From an uncultured Gammaproteobacteria bacterium (GTDB taxonomy: Bacteria > Patescibacteriota > Patescibacteriia > Magasanikbacterales > GWA2-37-8), in NCBI GenBank assembly GCA_964596525.1, contig CAZQUL010000001.1:524830-588829 (forward strand): a stretch of DNA of 64,000 bases. Direction: 5' to 3'. Below, piece after piece: positions 38,937 to 48,260 of this stretch. Numbering within the stretch: position 1 is the stretch's first letter; each line of letters starts with the position of its first letter. The notes under the pieces were generated by a model, which searched no databases, was not told where the DNA came from, and saw only the letters and a program-made list of their open reading frames with translations. Position numbers and translations under genes: made by a program.

Positions 38937-39242
38937 ATGGGAAACGTCGATTGGTTCCGCGTGCTGGCGGTTGCCGGCATCTTCGCTGTCGCCTATTTCC
39001 TTGCCCTGCACCCCCACGTCCGCCAGTGGCGCGAGGGTGTGCTGGCAGCAAAAGCGGCGCGCAAGAGAGAGTTGAGGGAGTACTACGGCGCCCCGCCGCC
39101 CAAGCCGCCGGGTAATGATGATATCAGCGGTTCACTCATGCTGCTTCTGAGCAGCGCGCTCCTGTCGCTGATTCTTTTCCCTCTTGCTTGCTGCCTACTG
39201 GTGGCGATCTTTCTTCTCCAAGTGCTCCTGCCGCTCTTCTAG
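38937..39242 (+). CDS. Small 2-TM membrane protein, first gene of the T4SS-like locus
   Basis: GGAGAAAACAC-ATG gives an RBS. Two hydrophobic helices are present (VLAVAGIFAVAYFLAL and LMLLLSSALLSLILFPLACCLLVAIFLLQVLLPLF). A terminator-like hairpin follows at 39277-39310. Confidence 0.5.
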   Translation: MGNVDWFRVLAVAGIFAVAYFLALHPHVRQWREGVLAAKAARKRELREYYGAPPPKPPGNDDISGSLMLLLSSALLSLILFPLACCLLVAIFLLQVLLPLF

Positions 39243-39276
39243 ATCGGCCGAAGCCTTGGCGCCCCTACGCCTTGAA

Positions 39277-39310
39277 CGGCGGTGCTCTTGCACCGCCGGC
39301 CTTTTTTATT
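39277..39310 (+). terminator. Terminator-like hairpin (possible attenuator inside the operon)
   Basis: cggcggtgc tctt gcaccgccg followed by gccttttttatt. Confidence 0.5.
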
Positions 39311-39438
39311 TACAAACGTAGCGTCTTGAATGAAGGTAATATGTGGATAAGGAAAGATCTGGTTTGAAAATTGTTGCTCGGGGATAACTATGCTATACTA
39401 ACCTCACCAAATTATCTCTCGGTTCAAACCTATTCCGT

Positions 39439-42400
39439 ATGCTACAAACCCTGCGTGCGTGGGCCCAAAACCTTGTTACCAAAGCCTGGAATCATCGAAC
39501 GTGGTTAGCGATTGTGGGGGTAGCAAGTTTTTTTATCTTAGTTCTTATTTCATCGGCCGACCCCACGTGGGCGCAAACGACAGGTTCGGGGAGTACGGCG
39601 TCGGGCGGAGGCGGTTTTTACAGCGTTATAAATAGCACCGAAGAGCAGATAAAAGCTGGTGCATCAACAGCTAGCGGTATAGGTGCTGATATTGCCAATA
39701 GCTTGGGGAATGTGTTCGGACGTGCTATTGCCGCCATTCTTCTCATGATTGCGCGCTTATTTTTGGCGCTTACCACGTTCTTTATCAATGTCATCTTGGT
39801 GATCGCCGGGTATAATGGGTATCTCGAATCCACCGCCGTTAACCTGGGTTGGACCGTTATCCGCGACATCACCAACATGTTTTATATCGTCATTCTTTTG
39901 GTGATCGCGTTTGCCACTATTCTTGGTGTGGAAGGATATGAGTGGCGTCAATTACTGCCTAAGCTCGTCGGCTCGGCCATTCTCGTCAACTTTAGTCGCA
40001 CGATTTGTGGCTTTCTCATTGACGGTTCGCAAGTCATCATGATCACGTTCCTCAACGCCATGTCGGCAACCATCGGTGGAAACGTGATTAATGCGTTTAA
40101 GCTTCCCTCGTTTGAAAAATTCCATTCGGCCGTAGATCCCAACTCATTTGCGTCGCCCGGCATCCTTGTTTCCTCTATCGTCGCCCTTATTTTTTCCGCA
40201 CTGGTCATGGCGGTCGTCGGCGCGTATGTTTTTATTTTACTTGCCCGTCTTATCCGTCTGTGGGTACTCATCGTATTATCTCCGCTCGTCTTCGTGCTCC
40301 GTGTTCTTCCTTCTACGGCCGGGTTTGTTTCTGAATGGTGGACCCAGTTAACCGACGATTTGGTAACCGGTCCGGTGCTTGTCTTTTTCTTGTGGCTATC
40401 GCTTATCGTTGTTGGTAGTGGACAAATAAACCAGGAGGTCATTAAAGGTTCCCGTTTGGCCGATAAAAGTCCGATCGAACAGGCATTTGGCGCGCAAGAG
40501 CAGAAGTATGGTCCGACCGATATTTTGGGTGCCAATAATCTGGCCAACTTCTTTATTGCCATCGGCATGTTGTTGGCTGGCGCTAAAGCAGCGAGTAAAA
40601 TCGGTGGCTCGAGCGGCAACCTGATCAATTCCGCCATGAATACTGGCTGGCAAATCGCCAAGATCGCAACCGGTGCGTACATCGGTTCACGTATCGCGCA
40701 GTCTGGTAAGAGCGCAGCAGGGAGCGTGTTCAGTACCGTCATGAGCCCGGTAACCAAGCTCGGCAAAAAAGCTGGTTTGCGCTTGGGTGCCTGGAAAGAG
40801 GATAAAATTGATACCTGGCGTGATAAAAAGGCTAAAGAATGGAGTCAGAAGGGGCAGGCATGGGGCGATCGATTTGGTATTGCCGGAAGGGTGGCTGGCG
40901 CCCTGTTGCCGGGTTTAGCTTCAAGCGTTATCCAGTCCAAAGATCGCGGCGAAGCAATTATGGGTAAGTATGAAGAATACCGCAAACAGGCTTCCGAACG
41001 TCATAAAACGCTCCTCGGTACGAGTGTTGAGGGAATTTCCAAAAAGGTTATTCATGGCGCCCAACAATTAAAGAAAATTCAAGAAGAAGATGCGGCGAGC
41101 GGTGCGTTGAAGAGGGCAGAAATCGAGCGTACCTACGAAGAAGCTTCCGGTAAGATCGGTGGCTTCCTTAAGCCGCATGAAGATCGGGTTGCAGAAGCTA
41201 AAAAAGAACTGGACAAAGCCGAAAAGACTGGCAATTCACTGCTTATTGAACCGGCCCGTGCGCAGCTCAAGTCCGCCGAAGCTGCTCTTAAGAAAGAGAT
41301 GGCTAATCTGAAAGAGGCTGGTTATGATTCCAAATACATTCGCTACTACGAACTGGACAAAGCAGCCACTAAGGCAGATGTAAAGAGCCAGGAAGCGCTT
41401 GAGATTATTCAGGCGGCTTCGGCCCAGCAGAAGGCTGAAGAGCGTGATGCTTTGCGTGTCGCACGCGGTGAGCGTCCGGTGTATGTTCAGGAATTCTTTA
41501 GTTCGCAAGAAAAGAAGCGTACGGAGCTCCTCGGGAATTATTCCGACGATGAACTGGTCGCCGAAATCGGCAAATTGTCCGACAGCTTGCGCGATGTCAA
41601 CACTCGCCTGGCGAACGTTAAAGATCAAGACGAGCGCGATTCGCTGCAAGATAAAATTAAGGGGCAAACCATTGAAATGGCCCGTTTGCAGTCCGAAGCC
41701 GCGCGTCGCGGTGGTGCCCAGGCTCAGAGTGCGCGCAAGGCTGCCGCTGCCACTTTTACCGATGATATCAGCCTTGATGATGCGGTGGGGCAACAGGCTA
41801 TGTACTTGAGCGGTGTCTTGGGTAAAAGCATCCAGGCCACTGAAGCAAGCGTTAAAGCTGCTTTTGACGAACTTAAAGAGCGCTTTGGTACGGCATATGA
41901 GTTTAACGCCTACATGAAGAATTTAGTAGACCGCGAGCGCAATGCCATGTCGAGCGGTGCGCTTGGCTTGGGTGCGACTATTCGTCCGGTATACGACGAC
42001 GCTGCTAAGCAGATGACCTACAAGCCGGTTAGTATGCGCGACAGGACTGTTCGTTCAGGTTCAACCGATGCGCAGTGGATGCGTGATAATCGTACGTTTG
42101 CCGCTGGTAACTGGAAATTGGCCAAAACAGTCGATTTTGAAGGTTCACTTGACCGTCGCGGTGGCAAGTACGTGATTTCTTCGCCGACTGCTGTTCGGGC
42201 GATCGCTGATAAGTTCGGCAGCCTTAAAGGCGAACAGATCAATAAGATTCAGCGCCACCATGTTGAGCGTTTGAAAGAAGCGATTAAAAACATGAACGAC
42301 GCCGAAGTGCGGAACTTCGTTCAGGCTATGGCCGCGCGTTTCCCGCAAGACCCCAAGAAATTCGCGCAGAATTTCGGTACGTTGCTCAGTAGAATTGATA

Positions 42401-42612
42401 ATGGCAGGATTAGAGATCTGTTTAAAGATCCTGCGCTGGGCGCTGCTGGTACCGGGTACCGGACGATTGCCACTAAGGCGCGAACCGGCAAGTCGTTTGA
42501 TGAAGTTATGGCTGATGTTGAATCAACCTATGCGGCTACTCGTGCAACAACCACTACGCGCCGCACCCGCACTACGGGTGGTCCGAGCTCCCGCCCTGCG
42601 TCGTCACCTTAG
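39439..42612 (+). CDS. VirB6/TrbL-like polytopic membrane protein with a long charged coiled-coil C-terminal extension
   Basis: 1,057-aa product. A signal-peptide-like N-terminus and Gly/Ser linker are followed by at least 6 TM helices with a TrbL/VirB6-like pattern (ILLMIARLFLALTTFFINVILVIAGY..., ...FYIVILLVIAFATILGVEGYEW..., ...GSAILVNFSRTICGFLIDGSQVIMITFLNAMS..., ...LIFSALVMAVVGAYVFILLARLIRLWVLIVLSPLVFVL...). The remaining ~650 aa are K/E/A-rich and predicted coiled coil. Confidence 0.6.
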   Translation: MLQTLRAWAQNLVTKAWNHRTWLAIVGVASFFILVLISSADPTWAQTTGSGSTASGGGGFYSVINSTEEQIKAGASTASGIGADIANSLGNVFGRAIAAILLMIARLFLALTTFFINVILVIAGYNGYLESTAVNLGWTVIRDITNMFYIVILLVIAFATILGVEGYEWRQLLPKLVGSAILVNFSRTICGFLIDGSQVIMITFLNAMSATIGGNVINAFKLPSFEKFHSAVDPNSFASPGILVSSIVALIFSALVMAVVGAYVFILLARLIRLWVLIVLSPLVFVLRVLPSTAGFVSEWWTQLTDDLVTGPVLVFFLWLSLIVVGSGQINQEVIKGSRLADKSPIEQAFGAQEQKYGPTDILGANNLANFFIAIGMLLAGAKAASKIGGSSGNLINSAMNTGWQIAKIATGAYIGSRIAQSGKSAAGSVFSTVMSPVTKLGKKAGLRLGAWKEDKIDTWRDKKAKEWSQKGQAWGDRFGIAGRVAGALLPGLASSVIQSKDRGEAIMGKYEEYRKQASERHKTLLGTSVEGISKKVIHGAQQLKKIQEEDAASGALKRAEIERTYEEASGKIGGFLKPHEDRVAEAKKELDKAEKTGNSLLIEPARAQLKSAEAALKKEMANLKEAGYDSKYIRYYELDKAATKADVKSQEALEIIQAASAQQKAEERDALRVARGERPVYVQEFFSSQEKKRTELLGNYSDDELVAEIGKLSDSLRDVNTRLANVKDQDERDSLQDKIKGQTIEMARLQSEAARRGGAQAQSARKAAAATFTDDISLDDAVGQQAMYLSGVLGKSIQATEASVKAAFDELKERFGTAYEFNAYMKNLVDRERNAMSSGALGLGATIRPVYDDAAKQMTYKPVSMRDRTVRSGSTDAQWMRDNRTFAAGNWKLAKTVDFEGSLDRRGGKYVISSPTAVRAIADKFGSLKGEQINKIQRHHVERLKEAIKNMNDAEVRNFVQAMAARFPQDPKKFAQNFGTLLSRIDNGRIRDLFKDPALGAAGTGYRTIATKARTGKSFDEVMADVESTYAATRATTTTRRTRTTGGPSSRPASSP

Positions 42613-42629
42613 TCCCTGTCTCTTAGCGT

Positions 42630-43676
42630 ATGATTCTTGAATCTTTACAACAGCAAAAAAAGCTCACGCCCGAGGAGCTCTCTAAGGCCGAAGAAGAGTA
42701 CCGAGATCTTGATCCCAAAGGTGAAGCTGAACTTTGGGACGGGCTCCACTACTATTTCTTGCGCGCCTCAGTTACTGCTGACCGGGTCTGGTGGCTATCG
42801 TATTTTCGGTGGTACACCGAACTGACGTGGCGTTTTTTGCCACAGCGCTCCGACGAAGTGGTTTCGGCTGTTGCCTATGCGCGCCAGCTTGTTATGGCAG
42901 TGCTTCTTGATTTCGACCCGGTGACAGAGCTTATCATGTATATCAATGAAAAACCGTGGGACGAAGAGGGGGTGGCGCGTTTTTACACCCGGGTTCGCGA
43001 CGGTGTGATGAAAAGTTCGGCGATTGTTGGTGTGAGTAAGGGGCGTGAGATAACCTTGGCTGATCTTTTCCGCGAACTTTCCCTTATCAAGCAAGCAAAT
43101 GACACGCTGCGTATGGCGGAGTTCATCACTCGTTTACGCGATGTGCTCTTTCCCAAAACCGATACGCTTCTTGATGAATACGTGCCGATGGAAGCGGAGC
43201 GCGGCGCTAACGTGCTGACTGACGTAATGCTCTTCTTTTTAGAGGTCGTGCCGGAGTCGTTCTACGCTGTTATGCAGACATCTTTGCATCCCGAATACTA
43301 CGAAACAGGAGCTGCCGAAGGAGAGTCTGCTTCTCCTGCTGAAGAGGCAGAGGCCGACCTTTCTTCTGAACCGGCTGAAGAATCGATTGAAGGTGCGGAA
43401 TCGGTAGCGCCTGCGCAGAGTGAGGAGGCCGGAATTGATGAGTCGGCTGCTACACCAAACGTGTCCGAAGAAACCCCGCGCGCACCGAGCCGACCTACTA
43501 ACACTGAGTTGCGGGCCATGGTAGAGGCGCTTATTCCTGCCGATCTCCCGCCCGAAGAACAAGCTCCACGGATCGTGGAAATGCTCTCCGACTTGGCTGA
43601 CCGTTACCATGATGAAACGATCCGCGACGTATATTACTTTGATGAAACGACCGGGCGCTTTGAATGGCTCCCATAA
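42630..43676 (+). CDS. Hypothetical acidic protein of the T4SS-like operon
   Basis: 348-aa product, E/A/S-rich acidic centre, no TM. Gap of 18 nt from the upstream gene. Confidence 0.45.
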   Translation: MILESLQQQKKLTPEELSKAEEEYRDLDPKGEAELWDGLHYYFLRASVTADRVWWLSYFRWYTELTWRFLPQRSDEVVSAVAYARQLVMAVLLDFDPVTELIMYINEKPWDEEGVARFYTRVRDGVMKSSAIVGVSKGREITLADLFRELSLIKQANDTLRMAEFITRLRDVLFPKTDTLLDEYVPMEAERGANVLTDVMLFFLEVVPESFYAVMQTSLHPEYYETGAAEGESASPAEEAEADLSSEPAEESIEGAESVAPAQSEEAGIDESAATPNVSEETPRAPSRPTNTELRAMVEALIPADLPPEEQAPRIVEMLSDLADRYHDETIRDVYYFDETTGRFEWLP

Positions 43677-43687
43677 CCTGTTTGCGT

Positions 43688-44554
43688 ATGCCTGCCTTCA
43701 TTACCGTAAAAAAACCCGACGGTACCACCGAGAAAATTTCGATGGAGGAGTTTTTGGCACGACAGAAAAAAAGCGCCCCTCCGGTGCAGTCTGTTGCTTC
43801 GGCACCTGCCCCAACACCGTCTGCTCCACGCGGTGATAGAACTATACTGGCTCAGCCATCGCAACCACTATCTGTTTCCCTCGAAGATGAGATGGTACAG
43901 CCGGAAACCGCACCACCTTTTCCGCCTATGCCGGCACCAGTCCTTTCTTCTCAACCAGAGGAGATGCATACCAGTGAGATTGAAAAGGCGCGTGAGGCAA
44001 TAATGCGCATGTCGGATACGAGTGTGGCTACCGCTACCCCGTTTAATGCATTTAAACACGATGCCGATGTCTCGATGGGGCCACCGGCTACTCCTCCGGC
44101 GCCGCCCGCCGCGGTCCCGCCACTCAAACCATCGCTCTTGGCTGAAGAACCGTCTGAAGAAGAAGCTCTTTCCCCGCCGCCACCGCTTACAAATTTTTCA
44201 TCGCGCCGCCCGATTATGAACGATGTGGTGGCGGCGCCGCGTTCCATCGGTCCGATTGAGGAAATCCAGGCCATAACACTCGTCGATTTCCGACGCTTGT
44301 CGCCTGTTGAGCGTGATGCGGCGATGCGGCTTGAGCAGAAATTCAATAATCTCAAAGCCGAATCGATTCTTTTGTTCTGGCAAGCCCGTGCTGCCTGGAA
44401 AGAAAGCGAGTTGTATCACGTCCTCACGACACCGTTTCTTTCGGCGCTTTTGCGGCGTGAACCGTTGAATCGCTTTTTAGGTAAAGAGAAGGGGATAACC
44501 ATGGCTGAGGTCATAGCGCTCCTTGATATGGAACGCCGTCTTATCCACGATTAA
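43688..44554 (+). CDS. Hypothetical Pro/Ala-rich protein of the T4SS-like operon
   Basis: The likely start is MPAFITVKKPDG. The PAPTPSAP, PPFPPMPAP and PPATPPAPPAAVPP tracts suggest an extended linker or periplasm-spanning protein. Confidence 0.4.
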   Translation: MPAFITVKKPDGTTEKISMEEFLARQKKSAPPVQSVASAPAPTPSAPRGDRTILAQPSQPLSVSLEDEMVQPETAPPFPPMPAPVLSSQPEEMHTSEIEKAREAIMRMSDTSVATATPFNAFKHDADVSMGPPATPPAPPAAVPPLKPSLLAEEPSEEEALSPPPPLTNFSSRRPIMNDVVAAPRSIGPIEEIQAITLVDFRRLSPVERDAAMRLEQKFNNLKAESILLFWQARAAWKESELYHVLTTPFLSALLRREPLNRFLGKEKGITMAEVIALLDMERRLIHD

Positions 44555-44557
44555 TCT

Positions 44558-45028
44558 ATGCGACAGTTCGTCGTCCCGCAATTTATCGACGTAGAAGATA
44601 AGATTCTGGGTCCGATTACGGTGCGGCAGTTCCTTATCCTGCTCGTCACCGGCCTGATCTTATTCATCATGTTCAAGCTTTTTGATTTTGCCTTGTTCGT
44701 GGTGAGCGGATTTTTCATAGGCGGTTTTGCACTGGTCGTGGCGTTTGTGAAAATTAACGGCCAGGCGTTTCACTACGTACTCCTTAATGTGGGGCAGACG
44801 ATGCGCCAACCGGCACTGCGCATCTGGGACAAGCGGTATACCAAGCAAGAATTAGCCGATTTCCGCAAACCCTTCAAACCCGAAGAAGTGGAAGTGGTGC
44901 CGGTGAAAGCGGCATCTCCCCGCCATATCCGCGACCTGTCGCTTCTCGTAAACACTGGCGGCTACTATAACCCGAAAAGTTCCATGAAAGACGAAGTGCC
45001 CGACCGTCCGCGAGTGAAAATCACCTAA
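44558..45028 (+). CDS. VirB3-like small 2-TM protein (PrgI/TcpE-type), immediately upstream of VirB4
   Basis: 156-aa product. ITVRQFLILLVTGLILFIMFKLFDFALFVVSGFFIGGFALVVAF forms a hairpin TM pair. It sits just before the VirB4 gene, as VirB3 homologs do in Gram-positive-type T4SS. Confidence 0.45.
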   Translation: MRQFVVPQFIDVEDKILGPITVRQFLILLVTGLILFIMFKLFDFALFVVSGFFIGGFALVVAFVKINGQAFHYVLLNVGQTMRQPALRIWDKRYTKQELADFRKPFKPEEVEVVPVKAASPRHIRDLSLLVNTGGYYNPKSSMKDEVPDRPRVKIT

Positions 45029-45042
45029 CTTCCCCGATCATT

Positions 45043-45732
45043 ATGAAAAACAAAAAGGCCGATCAAAAACGCAAACGCATTCCCGCGGCCCAACACTATT
45101 TACCGATCGCGGAAATCAAGAACGATACGGTTATCATGAAAGACGGCACTCTCCGCGCGGTGCTTCTGGTTTCGAGTATCAATTTTGCCCTCAAAAACGA
45201 AGACGAACAGAACGCCATCGTTTCTTCGTATGTCGGTTTCCTCAATTCGCTCGAACACCCGCTTAACATCGTTATTCAATCGCGCAAACTCAACATTAAG
45301 CCATACCTAGAAAAACTCGCCGAGCAAGAACGCCAGCAGACCAACGAACTTCTGCGCACGCAAATCGCTGACTACCGTTCGTACATCTTGGAACTCATCA
45401 GTTTGGGCGAGATTATGAGTAAGCAGTTTTACGTCATCGTGCCGTATGATCCGGCATCCAACAAATCGAAGAGTTTCTGGACGCGTTTGGGTGAAGTGGT
45501 AAATCCGGTGCAGGGCGTGCGCCTTAAGGGTGAGCGATTCCTTAAGCGCAAATACGAGCTTGACATGCGGGTGCGCCAGGTGGAAGCCGGTCTTTCGAGC
45601 ATGGGTCTTACCATCGCACAACTTGATACGCAAGCACTCATCGAACTTTATTATTCCACATATAATCCGGATATTGCCTTGGTGCAGAAGCTGCCCAATA
45701 TCGAAGAACTCCGGGTTGAGAAGGAAGGCTAA
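45043..45732 (+). CDS. VirB4/TrbE/CagE-family ATPase, N-terminal domain (split from the ATPase domain by a frameshift)
   Basis: IPAAQHYLPIAEIKNDTVIMKDGTLRAVLLVSSINFALKNEDEQNAIVSSYVGFLNSLEHPLNIVIQSRKLNI matches the CagE_TrbE_VirB N-terminal domain pattern. It ends at a TAA at 45730, and the next ORF continues the same protein family in another frame. Confidence 0.6.
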   Translation: MKNKKADQKRKRIPAAQHYLPIAEIKNDTVIMKDGTLRAVLLVSSINFALKNEDEQNAIVSSYVGFLNSLEHPLNIVIQSRKLNIKPYLEKLAEQERQQTNELLRTQIADYRSYILELISLGEIMSKQFYVIVPYDPASNKSKSFWTRLGEVVNPVQGVRLKGERFLKRKYELDMRVRQVEAGLSSMGLTIAQLDTQALIELYYSTYNPDIALVQKLPNIEELRVEKEG

Positions 45733-45743
45733 TCCCGCTTTGT

Positions 45744-47609
45744 ATGGCTTTCAAACCCACATCATCACAACGCATCACCCCCAAGAACGTACTCATGCAG
45801 GAGCAGAAACGGGTGGAGGAAAAGACTTCTGAGGAGCTTCTGACGCTCGAGGAAGAAAAAGTTTACCGCGAAGGTGTCGTGAGCATCCGTGATCTCATCG
45901 CTCCGGCTGCGTTCAAAGTGGATTCCAATTACATCCAGCTCGGTACGGTGTTTTGCCGCACCATTTTTATTACCTCGTATCCGCGCTACATCACGATCGG
46001 CTGGAGTTCGCCGATCATCAATCTGTCGGTGACGATGGATATCTCGATGTTTTTCTATCCGGTCAAATCCGCGATTATTCTGAAGCAGCTCAAAAATAAA
46101 GTGGGTGCTTTACAGGCTCAACTCTCTGCAGACCGTGAAAAAGGTGCGCCGCGTGACCCGCTGCGCGAAACCGCGCTGCGCGATATCGAAGGTTTGCGTG
46201 ACGATCTGACGCAGGGTACCGAGCATTTTTTCCAGTTCGCGTTTTACGTCACGTTTTATGCCGAGAGCAAAGAGCGCCTCGATCAGTTGAGCGAAGATAT
46301 CGAAGGTATCTTTGGCGCCAAACTCATCACGAGCCGCAAAGTACTTTACCAAAGCGAGCAAGGCTTCGATTCTACATTGCCTTTAGCCAATGACGAGCTG
46401 ATGATTTCTTTCAATATGAACTCGTCGCCAATTGCGGCTTCATTCCCGTTCATTTCGGCTGAGCTCACCTCCGATGATGGCATTTTATACGGTATCAACC
46501 GTCATAATAACAGCCTTATCCTCTTCGACCGTTTTTCGCTCCAAAACGCCAACATGGTGGTGTTCGCAACGTCCGGTGCGGGTAAAAGTTATGCTATCAA
46601 GCTCGAGATTTTGCGTAGTCTCATGATGGGCGTTGATGTCATCATTATCGACCCGGAAATGGAATATAAGCATCTGTCGGATGCGGTGGGCGGTACGTAC
46701 ATTAATATCTCTCTGTCGTCTGAGAGCAAGATCAATCCCTTCGACTTGCCGCGCCCGTATGGTCAGGATATGACGGTTGAAGATATTATTCGAAGCGCTG
46801 TCATTACCACCAAAGGCCTTATCCGTATCATGTGCAACGGCCTTACGACCGAGCAGGACTCGGTGATGGATCGCGCGCTCATCGAAACGTACGCTAAAAA
46901 AGATATTACGCCGGGAACGGATTTGGCCACCGCCAAACCGCCGATCATGCAGGATCTGCAAGAGGTTTTGGAAGGCATGGAAGGGTCCGAAGAGCTTGTC
47001 CTTAAACTCAAGAAATATACCGAAGGTACGTTTGCCGGACTCTTCAATTCGCCGACCAATGTGGATATGCGCAACCAACTCGTGATCTTCAGTGTGCGCG
47101 ATTTGGAAGACGAACTGCGCCCGCTCGCCATTTACGCCATCATCAACTACATCTGGAACGTGGTGAGGAGTGAACGCAAGAAACGCATTCTGGTTATCGA
47201 TGAAGCCTGGTGGATGATGCAGCATGAAGACAGTGCGCGGTTTATTCACGCGCTCATCAAACGCTGCCGCAAGTACTATCTCGGCGTGACGACCATCACC
47301 CAAGACGTTAATGACTTTTTGCGCTCGGCATACGGACAATCTATCGTTACCAACTCGGCACTCCAGCTCCTCTTGCGCCAATCGCCCTCGGCCATTGATC
47401 TTATCCAGAAGGTCTTCCTTCTTACCGATAGCGAAAAGTACCTGCTTCTCCAGAGCGGCGTGGGTGAGGGGATTTTCTTCGCCGGTTCCAAGCATGCGGC
47501 TATTCGCGTAGTCGCTTCGCCGACCGAAGACCAAATCGTCACTACCAACCCGCAGCAGCTTATCGAAATTGAGAAAAATAAGAAGAAGTTTGAACAAGCT
47601 TTTAGCTAA
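45744..47609 (+). CDS. VirB4/TrbE/CagE-family ATPase, central and C-terminal ATPase domains
   Basis: FATSGAGKSYAIKLEI is the Walker A. RILVIDEAWWMM is the Walker B (DEAW). YYLGVTTITQD is a motif-C-like block. The N-terminal segment ...YIQLGTVFCRTIFITSYPRYITIGW... corresponds to the VirB4 linker region. Confidence 0.8.
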   Translation: MAFKPTSSQRITPKNVLMQEQKRVEEKTSEELLTLEEEKVYREGVVSIRDLIAPAAFKVDSNYIQLGTVFCRTIFITSYPRYITIGWSSPIINLSVTMDISMFFYPVKSAIILKQLKNKVGALQAQLSADREKGAPRDPLRETALRDIEGLRDDLTQGTEHFFQFAFYVTFYAESKERLDQLSEDIEGIFGAKLITSRKVLYQSEQGFDSTLPLANDELMISFNMNSSPIAASFPFISAELTSDDGILYGINRHNNSLILFDRFSLQNANMVVFATSGAGKSYAIKLEILRSLMMGVDVIIIDPEMEYKHLSDAVGGTYINISLSSESKINPFDLPRPYGQDMTVEDIIRSAVITTKGLIRIMCNGLTTEQDSVMDRALIETYAKKDITPGTDLATAKPPIMQDLQEVLEGMEGSEELVLKLKKYTEGTFAGLFNSPTNVDMRNQLVIFSVRDLEDELRPLAIYAIINYIWNVVRSERKKRILVIDEAWWMMQHEDSARFIHALIKRCRKYYLGVTTITQDVNDFLRSAYGQSIVTNSALQLLLRQSPSAIDLIQKVFLLTDSEKYLLLQSGVGEGIFFAGSKHAAIRVVASPTEDQIVTTNPQQLIEIEKNKKKFEQAFS

Positions 47610-47635
47610 AGAATCTACTTTTTTACGCTACCTGT

Positions 47636-48253
47636 ATGTCCATACGCTTACGACTGGCCATTATCCTCATCGGTATCGTTTTGGTAATCGCGGGGATTGT
47701 GTACGTAGTAATCATCAACACTAAAAAACGCGGATTGCCGACCGACACTCCGAATACCCCGCAAACCGGGCAGGTGATCGACTCGAGCACCTTTACCACC
47801 AACTCGCTTGCGGCGATCACCGGTTCGGGTGCAAACCCGGTACCCACCACCACGCAACCCATCACCAACCCGATTGAGCTAGAAAAACTGGGCGTGGAAC
47901 GGCTCGCTTCGGTGTTTGCCGCACGCTACGGCTCATTTTCGTCAGATAACAGCTATCAGAATGTCCGTGAGGTGGAACAGCTCGCCACCCGCGCGCTATG
48001 GGCTAAAATCCGCCCCCCGAGCTCTCCGCGACCGGCCGCTACGTTCAGCGGCGTTACGACCGAGGTGCTCATGACCAAACTCACTACGTGGGCCGATGCT
48101 GCCGCAACGGTGGAAGTAACCGCCTCGCGCACCGAAACAACGCTCGCGACCGGCGTACCGTCCACTACCGTCTATCAGCAAAAAGCCACGATCAACTTAG
48201 TGAAGCAGGGCACGAATTGGCTCGTCGATAGCTTCACCTGGCTCAAGCCGTAA
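47636..48253 (+). CDS. Bitopic membrane protein (N-terminal TM plus ~170-aa extracytoplasmic domain); possible VirB8-like component
   Basis: TM LAIILIGIVLVIAGIVYVVII. The topology and size fit VirB8-like proteins, but no motif confirms this. Confidence 0.35.
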   Translation: MSIRLRLAIILIGIVLVIAGIVYVVIINTKKRGLPTDTPNTPQTGQVIDSSTFTTNSLAAITGSGANPVPTTTQPITNPIELEKLGVERLASVFAARYGSFSSDNSYQNVREVEQLATRALWAKIRPPSSPRPAATFSGVTTEVLMTKLTTWADAAATVEVTASRTETTLATGVPSTTVYQQKATINLVKQGTNWLVDSFTWLKP

Positions 48254-48260
48254 GAACTCT

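Noticed and set aside
39948-40766. 272-aa minus-strand ORF inside the VirB6-like gene
   Set aside because: Antisense to a polytopic membrane-protein frame with a clear TM periodicity.
46485-47597. 370-aa minus-strand ORF inside the VirB4 ATPase gene
   Set aside because: Antisense to a frame containing Walker A and Walker B motifs.
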